Assembly (NCBI GenBank): GCA_963824735.1
Contig: CAWGQH010000014.1
Location: 74,853 to 138,852 of the forward strand
Direction: 5' to 3'
DNA length: 64,000 nt
DNA from: an uncultured Chloroflexia bacterium
GTDB taxonomy: Bacteria > Chloroflexota > Limnocylindria > Limnocylindrales > CSP1-4
Positions 1 through 8,862 of the stretch are shown piece after piece. Each line of letters starts with the position of its first letter. The first letter of the stretch is position 1. The translations under genes and the position numbers were made by a program. The notes below the pieces were generated by a model that worked only from the letters and a program-made list of their open reading frames with translations, did not search any database and was not told the DNA's origin.

Positions 1-37
1 CTGCAATCACAACGATCGATGCGGACTACCAACGCCA

Positions 38-321
38 GGTGCATGGGTGGGAGCGCCCCCTCAACCACCGCATTCCTCACAGGTCTATCGAACGGCATTT
101 CGTGCCGGCGAAGGCCCGCTATGGCCGTTCCCATGCACCGTGGGTATGCGCACGCCGATATCGAGCCGCCATCGCCTCAATTGAGGCCGATTTCCTGCCA
201 GCAGGCCGTTTGGTAGACCTGCTGTGCATGCCGCGTGCCCGGACCTCCGTCCGGTGGACCCGGACCAACTGCCACGCTATGATCCCGTGACCATGCAGAC
301 TGCATAGGATTTATGCGTCTG
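38..321 (+). promoter_or_regulatory. structured non-coding leader upstream of kamA (several stable helices; function unknown)
   Basis: No convincing ORF in 1-349 and visibly lower GC than the flanking genes. Perfect 10-bp helix GGTGCATGGG 38-47 / CCCATGCACC 130-139 encloses AACGGC 91-96 / GCCGTT 124-129. Palindrome GCCTCAATTGAGGC 174-187. Hairpins CAGCAGG 199-205 / CCTGCTG 218-224, CCGGAC 239-244 / GTCCGG 249-254, and CAGAC+GCAT 296-305 / ATGC+GTCTG 313-321. Confidence 0.3.
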
Positions 322-349
322 GCAGCCGGAACGGGAGACGATCGAACGA

Positions 350-1936
350 GTGGACGCCCAGGAGATCAAGGCGGCGGTCGCGCACCAGGACGCCGCGCGC
401 GCCGCAGCAGAGACCCCGTTCGTCAACCGGCGTGACCCGGCGAAGGCACTCGGCCCTGATGGCCGCCCGGCGGTCAGCCGGCGCGCCCCGACCTTCGAAG
501 ACGTCCCCGACGAGAAGTGGAACGACTGGCGCTGGCAGCTCAGCAACCGCGTCAACGACCTCGAGGAGATCGAGGGGATCCTCAACCTGACCGACGAGGA
601 GCGCGCCGGCCTCTCCGCGCCGGACAAGTTCCGGGTCGACATCACGCCGTACTTCATCAGCCTGATCGACCCTGACGACCCGGACGACCCGATCCGCCGC
701 CAGGTCATCCCGCTCGGGCGCGAGCAGCAGGCGTTCACCGCGATGATGGAGGACTCGCTCGCCGAGGACCGCCACTCCCCGGTGCCCGGCCTCGTCCACC
801 GCTACCCGGACCGCGTCCTGATGCTCGTCACGACCCAGTGCGCGAGCTACTGCCGCTACTGCACGCGGAGCCGGATCGTCGGCGACCCGACCCAGAACTT
901 CAACCGCAAGGACCACGAGGCGCAGCTCGACTACCTGCGCCGGACGCCGCAGGTCCGCGACGTCCTGATCTCCGGCGGTGACGGCCTGACGCTGGCCCCG
1001 AAGCTCTTCGAGTCGATCCTCCGCGGGCTGCGCGAGATCCCGCACATCGAGATCGTCCGGATCGGCTCGCGCGTGCCGGTCTTCCTGCCCCAGCGGATCG
1101 ACGACGAGCTGTGCGAGATGCTCGAGAAGTACCACCCGCTGTGGATCAACCTCCACTTCAACCACGCCAACGAGATCACGCCCGAGGTGTCGCGCGCCGT
1201 CGACCGGCTGACGAAGGCCGGCCTGCCGGTGGGCAACCAGTCGGTGCTCCTGGCCGGCGTCAACGACTGCGTGAACATCCAGCGCGACCTCGTCCACAAG
1301 CTGGTCGAGAACCGGATCCGGCCGTACTACCTCTACCAGTGCGACCTGGTCGAGGGCTCGGGCCACTTCCGGACGCCGGTCGGCAAGGGGCTCGAGATCA
1401 TCGAGGGCCTGCGCGGGCACACCTCCGGCTACGCGGTTCCGACCTACGTCATCGACGCGCCCGGCGGCGGCGGCAAGATCCCGGTCATGCCGAACTACCT
1501 GATCAGCTACTCCGACCACAAGGTCGTGCTGCGCAACTACGAGGGCTACATCACGACCTACGAGGAGCCGCTCGAGTACAAGTCGCACGACAAGGCGACC
1601 TGCGCGTCGTGCCAGCACACCCGCCCAGAGCCGGGCCAGTCAGGCGTCCACGGCCTGCTCCAGGGCGAGCAGATGTGGATCGAGCCGCGCGGGTTCGAAG
1701 ACGTCCACACGCGCGGCAACACGGAGCAGCACCGCCTGCAGGATCCGTCGAAGTGGGTGCCGTTCGGGGTCGGCGCGATCGAAGGCCAGGCGCAACCCCC
1801 GCTGCGCGTGCTCCAGGCCGGCGAGGTGGCCCAGGACGAGGCGGCTCCGGAGGAGCCATCCGAGTACGGCCCGGGCGAGGAGCCGCGACCGCGCGAGGGC
1901 GAGCCGACGGCCTCGGCGCACGGAGAACTGCTCTAG
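350..1936 (+). CDS. kamA: lysine 2,3-aminomutase (radical SAM, KamA/AblA type) with an acidic/Pro-rich C-terminal tail
   Basis: 528-aa ORF. Radical-SAM motif CASYCRYCTR. Full-length KamA-like sequence including the C-terminal GLLQGEQMWIEP segment. GGGAGA at 333-338 upstream of GTG 350. Confidence 0.9.
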   Translation: MDAQEIKAAVAHQDAARAAAETPFVNRRDPAKALGPDGRPAVSRRAPTFEDVPDEKWNDWRWQLSNRVNDLEEIEGILNLTDEERAGLSAPDKFRVDITPYFISLIDPDDPDDPIRRQVIPLGREQQAFTAMMEDSLAEDRHSPVPGLVHRYPDRVLMLVTTQCASYCRYCTRSRIVGDPTQNFNRKDHEAQLDYLRRTPQVRDVLISGGDGLTLAPKLFESILRGLREIPHIEIVRIGSRVPVFLPQRIDDELCEMLEKYHPLWINLHFNHANEITPEVSRAVDRLTKAGLPVGNQSVLLAGVNDCVNIQRDLVHKLVENRIRPYYLYQCDLVEGSGHFRTPVGKGLEIIEGLRGHTSGYAVPTYVIDAPGGGGKIPVMPNYLISYSDHKVVLRNYEGYITTYEEPLEYKSHDKATCASCQHTRPEPGQSGVHGLLQGEQMWIEPRGFEDVHTRGNTEQHRLQDPSKWVPFGVGAIEGQAQPPLRVLQAGEVAQDEAAPEEPSEYGPGEEPRPREGEPTASAHGELL

Positions 1937-2022
1937 GCGCAGCGAGGGGCTACGCGGCACGTTCGCAACACTTCGGCCCGGCAACCGTCATTCCGGGAGA
2001 AACCACTCGGAGGGGCCGTCCA

Positions 2023-3198
2023 ATGCAGTTGATCCTCGATCGCATCGCCGGCTGGGAGGCGGCCGGCCTCATCGACCCGAGCACGGCGTTACGCCTGCGC
2101 TCGGACGAGGAGGAGCGGCCGCAGCCCGAATTGCCCGCAGCGGTCGACGAGACAACCGTCACGGAACGCCGCGGCGGACCGTCGGCCATTGCCCAGATCG
2201 TCGGGCCCGGGGTCACGATCGTCGAGATGTTCGCCTACCTCGGCGGGGCGTTCCTTCTCGGCGCGCTGGACCTGTTCATTGCAGAGTCGGCCGGCTTCGA
2301 TGCCGATGGCGGCGTCGGCCTTGCCATCGGGTACGGGCTTGTCGCGGTCGCATTGATCGCGATCGGCAGGTTCATGGCGCAGGGGGATGCCCGCGAGCGC
2401 CGAGCGGCCGGGGTGCTCTTCGCGGTCGCCGTGGCCCACGTCGCGACAGCCGGCTACGCCCTCACCACGGCGTTTGACCTGGACTTCCAGGTCGCCGGCG
2501 TGATCGTCGCCGCCTGGGCAGCGGTCGTTGCGGTCGGCCTGCGGCTCTATCTCCCGGCGCTCACGACGCAGTTCACGCTGCTCGCGAGCCTGACCGGTCT
2601 CGCGGCCGCGCTGCTGAGCCTGATCGAGCACACGGTCGTGCCCGAAACGGTCTTCACGGACTCCGGTGCGGTCGTTCCGAGTGGCGGGCCGAACCCGCTA
2701 CTCATCCTCCTCGCCTCGGCGGCGTGGTGGCTTGGGTTCGCGGCCCTCCTCGGCATCCTCGGGCTGATCGAAGCCCGCAGCAGCGACGACCCGGCCACCG
2801 GTCGGCGCGCGGCAATGACCCGGCTCTGGGCGGGGATCGCTGCCGTCGGCGGCCTCGCGATGGCCGTCACCCAGTCGGCCTACGACCCGCAGACCGGCGA
2901 ATGGGGCCGAGTCCTCGAGCCCTGGATCGGCGATCTCGCGCTGGTCGTGCTCGCGCTGATCCTCGTGGAGCGAGCCTTCCGGCGGGGCGCGAACACGTTC
3001 GTCTACGCGGCCGCGCTCGCCCTGATCATCGCCTTGACGGACTTCAACTTCAGCTACCTGAGCGACAGCACCGAAGTGGGGCTGCTCATCGAGGGGTTGA
3101 TCCTGCTGGGCGCCGGGTTCGCGGTGAGCAAGCTCCGTCGGCGGATCGGCGGCGACGAGACGCCCGTGGAGACCGCCACGCTTCCGACGCCGGCCTGA
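2023..3198 (+). CDS. polytopic membrane protein (DUF2157-like, tentative)
   Basis: In-frame ATG 2023 preceded by GGAGGGG (2009-2015). The upstream part of the listed 695-aa ORF overlaps kamA out of frame. Short soluble N-terminus followed by about 10 hydrophobic helices. Confidence 0.75.
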   Translation: MQLILDRIAGWEAAGLIDPSTALRLRSDEEERPQPELPAAVDETTVTERRGGPSAIAQIVGPGVTIVEMFAYLGGAFLLGALDLFIAESAGFDADGGVGLAIGYGLVAVALIAIGRFMAQGDARERRAAGVLFAVAVAHVATAGYALTTAFDLDFQVAGVIVAAWAAVVAVGLRLYLPALTTQFTLLASLTGLAAALLSLIEHTVVPETVFTDSGAVVPSGGPNPLLILLASAAWWLGFAALLGILGLIEARSSDDPATGRRAAMTRLWAGIAAVGGLAMAVTQSAYDPQTGEWGRVLEPWIGDLALVVLALILVERAFRRGANTFVYAAALALIIALTDFNFSYLSDSTEVGLLIEGLILLGAGFAVSKLRRRIGGDETPVETATLPTPA

Positions 3199-3225
3199 CC
3201 GGCCACCTGGCGTACGCTTCGCCCC

Positions 3226-3444
3226 GTGGCGAAGCGCAGCAAGCGCCCGAGCGGCGCGCAGACGATCGGTGGGATTCTCGCGGGGTTCGACGGCCAGGTG
3301 TTCCGGACGACCCCGCCGCCGCACGAGCTGGTACGGAAAGGCGATCGCCTGCCGTCGATCCCGGCCGGCGACGGTGGCACGCTGATCGTCGACCTGCCTG
3401 ACGACGCCCAACCGCCCGCCCCCGAGCCGAACTCCGCCGACTAG
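3226..3444 (+). CDS. small hypothetical protein (72 aa)
   Basis: ORF with the high third-position GC typical of the coding frames here. No clear RBS and no recognisable domain. Confidence 0.45.
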   Translation: MAKRSKRPSGAQTIGGILAGFDGQVFRTTPPPHELVRKGDRLPSIPAGDGGTLIVDLPDDAQPPAPEPNSAD

Positions 3445-3463
3445 GCTGAACCAGGCTCCGACC

Positions 3464-4702
3464 GTGCGTTCCCGATTCTTCTACGGGTGGGTCGTCGTCG
3501 CGGTCGCGGCCACCGTCGTCCTCGTGACGGCCGGCGTCCGGGCGGCGCCCGGAGCGTTCCTCCTGTCGATGACCGACGAACCCGGCTGGTCGACCGCCTC
3601 GGTGTCGTTCGCCGCCGCCGCGGGCCTCGTGCTGTACGGACTCGCCGGCCCGCTGTCGGGCTCGTTGATGGGGCGCCTCGGGGTCAAGCGCGTCGTGGTC
3701 GTCAGTCTCGTGGTCACCGGCGTCGCGCTGCTCGTGTCGAGCGTCGTCACCGAGATCTGGCAGCTCACGCTGTCGTTCGGCCTGCTCGCGGGCATCGGCA
3801 CGGGGCTGGTGGCGAGCGTCCTCGGCCCGACCGTCGCCACGCGCTGGTTCGTCCACAACCGCGGGCTCGTCAACGGGATCTTCGGCGCCAGCAGCTCGGC
3901 GGGACAACTGGTGTTCATCCCGGTCCTCACCGTGCTCGCGATCGCATTCGACTGGCGAGTCACGGCGATCGCGTTGGCGGTCCTCGCGTTCATCCTCGTG
4001 GCGCCCGTCCTCGTCCTCGTCCGCAACGACCCCTCCGAGGTCGGCGAGCGGCCGCTCGGCGCGCCCGATGGACCGGTCCGGCCGCCGCCACCTCCCGACG
4101 CCGGGATCATGCGCCGTGCAACTCGCACCTCCGATTTCTGGTTCCTCGCCGGGACGTTCTTCGTCTGCGGCGCGACGTCGAACGGGCTCGTCGGCCAGCA
4201 CTTCATCCCGCACGCCGTCGAGCATGGCTTCACCCAGTCGGCGGCGGCATCCGCGCTCGCGGTGATGGGCGTGTTCAACTTCATCGGGACGATCGCAAGC
4301 GGCTGGCTCACCGACCGCTACGACCCACGCAAGCTCCTGCTGATCTACTACGGGTTCCGGGGCATCAGCCTGCTGTTCCTCCCGTTCGTGCACGACACGA
4401 TGACCATCGCCGCGTTCGCGATCCTGTTCGGGCTTGACTACATCGCGACCGTCCCGCCGACCGTTGCCCTGGCCGCGGACCGCTTCGGCGCCCACAACGT
4501 CGGGGTCGTGTACGGCTGGATCTTTGCCGCGCACATGCTCGGCGCGGCGATCGCGGCGTGGGTCGCCGGGGTCGTCCGCGAGAGCGTCGGCGACTACGCG
4601 ATCGCGTTCGTCGCCGCGGGCTGGATCGCGATCGTCGCCGGCTTCGCCGCGCTGATGATCCGAAGGCGCGAGCCGGCTTCAGCCGCTCTGCAGGCGGCCT
4701 GA
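3464..4702 (+). CDS. MFS transporter
   Basis: 412 aa with about 12 hydrophobic segments. N-terminus FFYGWVVV...LYGLAGPLSGSLMGRLG is typical of oxalate/formate-antiporter-like MFS proteins. Confidence 0.9.
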   Translation: MRSRFFYGWVVVAVAATVVLVTAGVRAAPGAFLLSMTDEPGWSTASVSFAAAAGLVLYGLAGPLSGSLMGRLGVKRVVVVSLVVTGVALLVSSVVTEIWQLTLSFGLLAGIGTGLVASVLGPTVATRWFVHNRGLVNGIFGASSSAGQLVFIPVLTVLAIAFDWRVTAIALAVLAFILVAPVLVLVRNDPSEVGERPLGAPDGPVRPPPPPDAGIMRRATRTSDFWFLAGTFFVCGATSNGLVGQHFIPHAVEHGFTQSAAASALAVMGVFNFIGTIASGWLTDRYDPRKLLLIYYGFRGISLLFLPFVHDTMTIAAFAILFGLDYIATVPPTVALAADRFGAHNVGVVYGWIFAAHMLGAAIAAWVAGVVRESVGDYAIAFVAAGWIAIVAGFAALMIRRREPASAALQAA

Positions 4703-4706
4703 CCGG

Positions 4707-6041
4707 TCAGTCCGCCTCGACGAGCTCCAGCGCCCGCTCGAGCTGCGCGTCCACGGTGGACGCCACCTTCGCCGGTGCGACGTCCCGCAGGTCGACGGGG
4801 AGCGTCGGCAGCGCTTCGGTCGCCCTGGCCACCGCGACGTCCGGCTCGATGCCCTCGTGCCAGATGCGCCGCCCGTCCGGGGTCAGCCACTCGACGGTCC
4901 CGATGCGCAGCGCCGAACCGTCCTCGAGCGCGTACTCGCCGAGGACCGTGCCGGTGCCGAACGTGACCGCGCCGACGACCTTGGCACGGTCGTTGTCCTG
5001 GAGGGCGCCCGCCACGATCTCGGACGAGGACGCGCTGCCCTCGTCGACCAGCACGATCAGCGGCAGGTCGGTCCACGCGCCGTCGGGGGAGACCGGCGTG
5101 GCCTTCTCTTCGCCCTCGGCGTTGCGCTCGACGTAGACGGTGCCCGACGAAAGGAACTGGCTCGCGGTGCCGACGGCCTCGCCGACGTAGCCGCCGGGGT
5201 TGCCGCGGAGGTCGAGGACCAGCCGGTCAGCGCCCTCCTTGCGCAGCTCGCGGAGCGCCGCCTGGACATCCTCGGCCACGCGGTGCGAGAACTGCTCGAT
5301 CCGGAGCAGGCCGGTGGTCGTGCCCGGGATCATCGTCGAGGACACGGCGTCGATCTCGACCTCGCCGCGCACGATCTCCAGGGTCCTCGGCGTGCCGTCC
5401 TCGCCCGTACGGACCGTGAGCTCGACGGCGGTTCCCGATTCGCCGCGGATCCGCTCGATGACGTCGTCGAGCGAGCTGCCGGCGGCAGGGACGCCGTCGA
5501 CCTCGAGGATGACGTCCCCGGTGCGGAGGCCCGCCTTGTCCGCGGGGCTGTCGTGGAACACGGTCACCACGCGCGGCTCGTCGCTGTCGGTGTTGTCGAG
5601 CTGGACGCCGATCCCCACGTACGACCCGGACAGGGCGTCGTTGCGCGAGGTGCGTTCCTCCGGGGTCATGAAGTCGGTGTGGCCGGTGTCGCCGACGGCG
5701 CCGGCCAGGCCGTCGATCGCGCCATACGCGAGCTCACGGTCGTCGAGCGTGTCGCGGCCGACGTACTTCTCGTGGAGCAGGTCCCACGCCTCGCGGACCA
5801 GGCCGAAGTCGTCGACGCCGTCGTCGGTCGGGCCGGCCGCGGCATCCGGGCTGGCGGCCGGTGCTCCGGAGCTGGCGGCAAACGGCTCGAGACGGCCGAC
5901 ACCGACCCCCGCGACAAAGGTGACGGCAATGAGGATGCCGGTCGCCGGGCCGCGAAGGCGGGGCATCCGCCGTCGCTTCGCGGGCGCAGGAGGGGGAGGG
6001 GTGGGCACGACGGGTTCGGGGGCGTGTTCGTTCGGCAACAT
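4707..6041 (-). CDS. S41 family C-terminal processing peptidase (PDZ + tail-specific protease domain), membrane anchored
   Basis: Motifs LVLDLRGNPGGYV and GSASSSEIVAGAL; PDZ-like GLRTGDVILEVDG; N-terminal TM ILIAVTFVAGVGV. Start set at ATG 6041; the upstream part of the 555-aa ORF is Arg/Ser/Gly-rich and not coding-like. Confidence 0.85.
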   Translation of the reverse strand: MLPNEHAPEPVVPTPPPPAPAKRRRMPRLRGPATGILIAVTFVAGVGVGRLEPFAASSGAPAASPDAAAGPTDDGVDDFGLVREAWDLLHEKYVGRDTLDDRELAYGAIDGLAGAVGDTGHTDFMTPEERTSRNDALSGSYVGIGVQLDNTDSDEPRVVTVFHDSPADKAGLRTGDVILEVDGVPAAGSSLDDVIERIRGESGTAVELTVRTGEDGTPRTLEIVRGEVEIDAVSSTMIPGTTTGLLRIEQFSHRVAEDVQAALRELRKEGADRLVLDLRGNPGGYVGEAVGTASQFLSSGTVYVERNAEGEEKATPVSPDGAWTDLPLIVLVDEGSASSSEIVAGALQDNDRAKVVGAVTFGTGTVLGEYALEDGSALRIGTVEWLTPDGRRIWHEGIEPDVAVARATEALPTLPVDLRDVAPAKVASTVDAQLERALELVEAD

Positions 6042-6165
6042 GGCTTGCCAAGCATGCCGGGTGCGGGTTGCCCGGGGGTTGCGGCCGGATGAAGGTTCGT
6101 TCGCTCGACCTCCAACCGGCGGAGTGGTACAGTCGCCAATCCCTAGTGGTTCACTCGGAGTTGAT

Positions 6166-6627
6166 GTGCCCGTGCCCGACACCGCCACCGGGACCATCGG
6201 CCTTGGCCCGCTGCGGCCCGCGCCGCCTGGTCTGCCCGACCCGTCGATCCGCCCGCCGGTCGAGGCCGAGGCCGGCGACCCGTTCACGGCCGTTCGCGTG
6301 ATCGATCTGCTGGCGCGCATCGAACGCGGCCGGCCCATCCGCCTCGCCGACATCGCCGACCGGCTCAACGCCACGTACCTCGACTGGCTCTTCCCGGTCG
6401 ACGCGATCCTCGCCGTGGCGGTGCAGCTCCAGGCGAACTGGATGGCCGACTACCGCAACAGCTCGGGCGTCGTGCTCGAGGACGGCCCGCATGGCCCGAC
6501 CCTGACACTCGAGGACTCGAGCCGCGTCGATCCGTGGATCGTTCGCCAGGCACAACGTGAAGCCGAGTCCTGTCGTCGGCGGCTCGCCGAGTTCAGCCGC
6601 CGGGATCACCCGTCGGCCGATGGCTGA
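6166..6627 (+). CDS. hypothetical protein
   Basis: Only the C-terminal ~150 aa of the listed 475-aa ORF is free of overlap with the S41 gene. GTG 6166 follows GGAG 6157-6160. No recognised domain. Confidence 0.5.
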   Translation: MPVPDTATGTIGLGPLRPAPPGLPDPSIRPPVEAEAGDPFTAVRVIDLLARIERGRPIRLADIADRLNATYLDWLFPVDAILAVAVQLQANWMADYRNSSGVVLEDGPHGPTLTLEDSSRVDPWIVRQAQREAESCRRRLAEFSRRDHPSADG

Positions 6628-6767
6628 GCCGCGAACCCGACCCGTAAAGGGACTTCGCCGCTGAAAGCAAGGGGAGCCAGCCCCGGATTCGGACAGATGT
6701 CCCGATCCCGACCAGCAAGGTCACCCGTAACGTCAACCCGTCATCCAAATCGGAAGGAGGACCATCC

Positions 6768-7649
6768 ATGGGTCATCACGATTACGCGAACCCGAGCGCC
6801 CTGGTCGAAGCCGACTGGGCCCAGGAGCACCTCAGCGATCCGAGCGTCCGCTTCGTCGAGGTCGACGTCGACACCACCGCCTACGAGCAGAGCCACCTGC
6901 GCGGCGCGGTCGGCTGGAACTGGACGAGCCAGCTCGCCGATGGGGTCCGTCGCGACATCGCGACGAAGGAGGACCTGGGCGAGCTCCTGTCGCAGAGCGG
7001 GATCAGCCCGGACACGACGATCGTGCTGTACGGCGACAACAACAACTGGTTTGCCGCCTGGGCGTACTGGCAGCTGAAGCTGTTCGGGCTGCGCGACGTG
7101 CGCATCCTCAACGGCGGCCGCAAGTACTGGCTGGACAACGGCCTGCCGGTGACGACGGACGTCCCCGACTATCAGCCGACCGGCATCCAGCTCGGCGACC
7201 CGGACTTCAGCCTGCGCGCGTTCCGTGACGACGTCCTGCCGCGGATCGGTGACTCGACGCTGGCGCTCGTCGACGTGCGCAGCCCGGCCGAGTTCAACGG
7301 CGAGGTCATCGCCCCGCCCGGCATGAGCGAGACCGCGCAGCGTGCGGGGCACATCCCCGGCGCGGCGTCGATCCCGTGGGCGCAGACCGTCCGCGAGGAC
7401 GGCACGTTCAAGAGCCGCGAGGAGCTCGCCACGCTCTACGAGGGCAAGGGCATCACGGCCGACAAGGACATCATCGCCTACTGCCGGATCGGCGAGCGGT
7501 CGAGCCACTCGTGGTTCGTCCTCCACGAGCTGCTCGGCTACCAGCGTGTCCGGAACTACGACGGCAGCTGGACCGAGTACGGCAGCCTGGTCGGCGTGCC
7601 GATCGAGAACCCGGCGCTGCAGCAGGTCGCGGCGGGCGTCGCTTCCTGA
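6768..7649 (+). CDS. thiosulfate sulfurtransferase (tandem rhodanese, SseA/CysA-like)
   Basis: 293 aa. Active-site loop YCRIGERS. N-terminal ...SALVEADWAQEHL...VRFVEVD typical of actinobacterial CysA/SseA. GGAAGGAGG RBS. Confidence 0.9.
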   Translation: MGHHDYANPSALVEADWAQEHLSDPSVRFVEVDVDTTAYEQSHLRGAVGWNWTSQLADGVRRDIATKEDLGELLSQSGISPDTTIVLYGDNNNWFAAWAYWQLKLFGLRDVRILNGGRKYWLDNGLPVTTDVPDYQPTGIQLGDPDFSLRAFRDDVLPRIGDSTLALVDVRSPAEFNGEVIAPPGMSETAQRAGHIPGAASIPWAQTVREDGTFKSREELATLYEGKGITADKDIIAYCRIGERSSHSWFVLHELLGYQRVRNYDGSWTEYGSLVGVPIENPALQQVAAGVAS

Positions 7650-7673
7650 GGCTTCCGCGCAGGTCCTGGCCCG

Positions 7674-8837
7674 CTACCGCCCTCGGGCGTAGCGGGCCAT
7701 CGCGTCGGCGAGCAGGTCATGCGGCAGCGCGTGCGCCGTGTGGCCGTCGCGACCGGTCATCGTCTCGGCAGCGACCAGCGCGTTGATGACCGCCTCCTCC
7801 GTCGACTCCACGGTGGCCATGAAAAGCGGGTCGATGTAGTCGTCGTCGAGCATCGTGACCGCGACCGCCGGTTCCGCGCCATGGTTCGCGGTGAGCTGGT
7901 TGCCGGTCGCGAAGCACAGGAAGAGCTCGCCGCTCGTATGGCCCCCGATCGAGCCGGCCCGCGCCAGCCCCAGGCCGGCTCGCTGGGCCAGGCGCTGACA
8001 TTGATGCGGCAGCAGCGGCGCGTCGGTCGCGACGACGACGATGATCGATCCCGAGCCGGGGGTCGGTCGCCGGTCGCCGTACCGTCCGCCCGGACTGGCG
8101 TGGCGCTTCTCCCCGTAGGCGCTCGGGACGACGTCGTCATTGATGACCTCGCCGACCGGCACCCCGTCGACACGAAGCCACTCGCGATAGCCGAAATTCG
8201 TCTGGACGAGGGCGCCGACAGTGAACCCGCCGTCGCGTTCCTCGATCACCCGTGACGCGCTCCCGATCCCGCCCTTGAACTCGAACGAGATCGCGCCCGT
8301 GCCGCCACCGACGTTGCCTTCGGCGACGGGACCGGCGGTCGCCGCGTCCAGCGCAGCCCGAACGTGTTCGGCGCGGACGTGGAAGCCGTTGATGTCGTTC
8401 ATGTCGCCGTCGAAGATCTCGCCGACCACCGGCAGGAACCACCACGTCTCGTCGAGACCCTCCGTCTCGAGCGAGGCGCCGATCAGCGCATCGTGGACGA
8501 CGCCGACGCTGTGGGTGTTGGTGAGACCGATCGACCCGCCGAGCTGGCCCGCCTCCCGGATCCATTCGAGCCCGGTCATCTCGCCGTTCCCGTTCAGGCT
8601 GTGGGAGCCGGCGAAGAAGCGCGTGGACGGATCGGGGCCGGGCACGATCACCGTCACGCCCGTGCGGATCGGCCCCTCGCCGACCCGCAGCGGACCCTCG
8701 CCCTCGATGAGCGTCGTGTGCCCGACGGTCACACCCGCAACGTCGGTGATGGCGTTGTTGGGTCCGGGCGTCCCGCGCCCGATCGCGATGCCGAGGTCCC
8801 TCGCTCGCATCCGGGCATCGTACCGGCGGCCCGTCAC
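7674..8837 (-). CDS. P1/DmpA family aminopeptidase (peptidase S58)
   Basis: N-terminus ...GTPGPNNAITDVAGVTVGHTTL...RTGVTVIVP is characteristic of DmpA/BapA-type Ntn hydrolases. Confidence 0.85.
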   Translation of the reverse strand: MTGRRYDARMRARDLGIAIGRGTPGPNNAITDVAGVTVGHTTLIEGEGPLRVGEGPIRTGVTVIVPGPDPSTRFFAGSHSLNGNGEMTGLEWIREAGQLGGSIGLTNTHSVGVVHDALIGASLETEGLDETWWFLPVVGEIFDGDMNDINGFHVRAEHVRAALDAATAGPVAEGNVGGGTGAISFEFKGGIGSASRVIEERDGGFTVGALVQTNFGYREWLRVDGVPVGEVINDDVVPSAYGEKRHASPGGRYGDRRPTPGSGSIIVVVATDAPLLPHQCQRLAQRAGLGLARAGSIGGHTSGELFLCFATGNQLTANHGAEPAVAVTMLDDDYIDPLFMATVESTEEAVINALVAAETMTGRDGHTAHALPHDLLADAMARYARGR

Positions 8838-8862
8838 CGCGGACCGGCCGTATCATCCGGCG

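Noticed and set aside
1-349. A lysine riboswitch (L-box) upstream of kamA.
   Set aside because: I could not place the five-helix junction or the conserved L-box core. The strongest helix encloses only about 80 nt. The region is kept as an unclassified structured leader instead.
311-1618. Long antisense and alternate-frame ORFs overlapping recognised genes. Examples: 311..1618(-), 8137..10395(-), 8364..11246(+) upstream part, 25115..26908(+), 36802..38895(+), 39367..41703(-), 41307..43283(+), 51322..53070(+).
   Set aside because: These are typical stop-codon-poor shadow frames of a very GC-rich genome. The translations are Arg/Pro/Gly/Asp-rich and low in complexity, and each overlaps a gene with clear family motifs in another frame.
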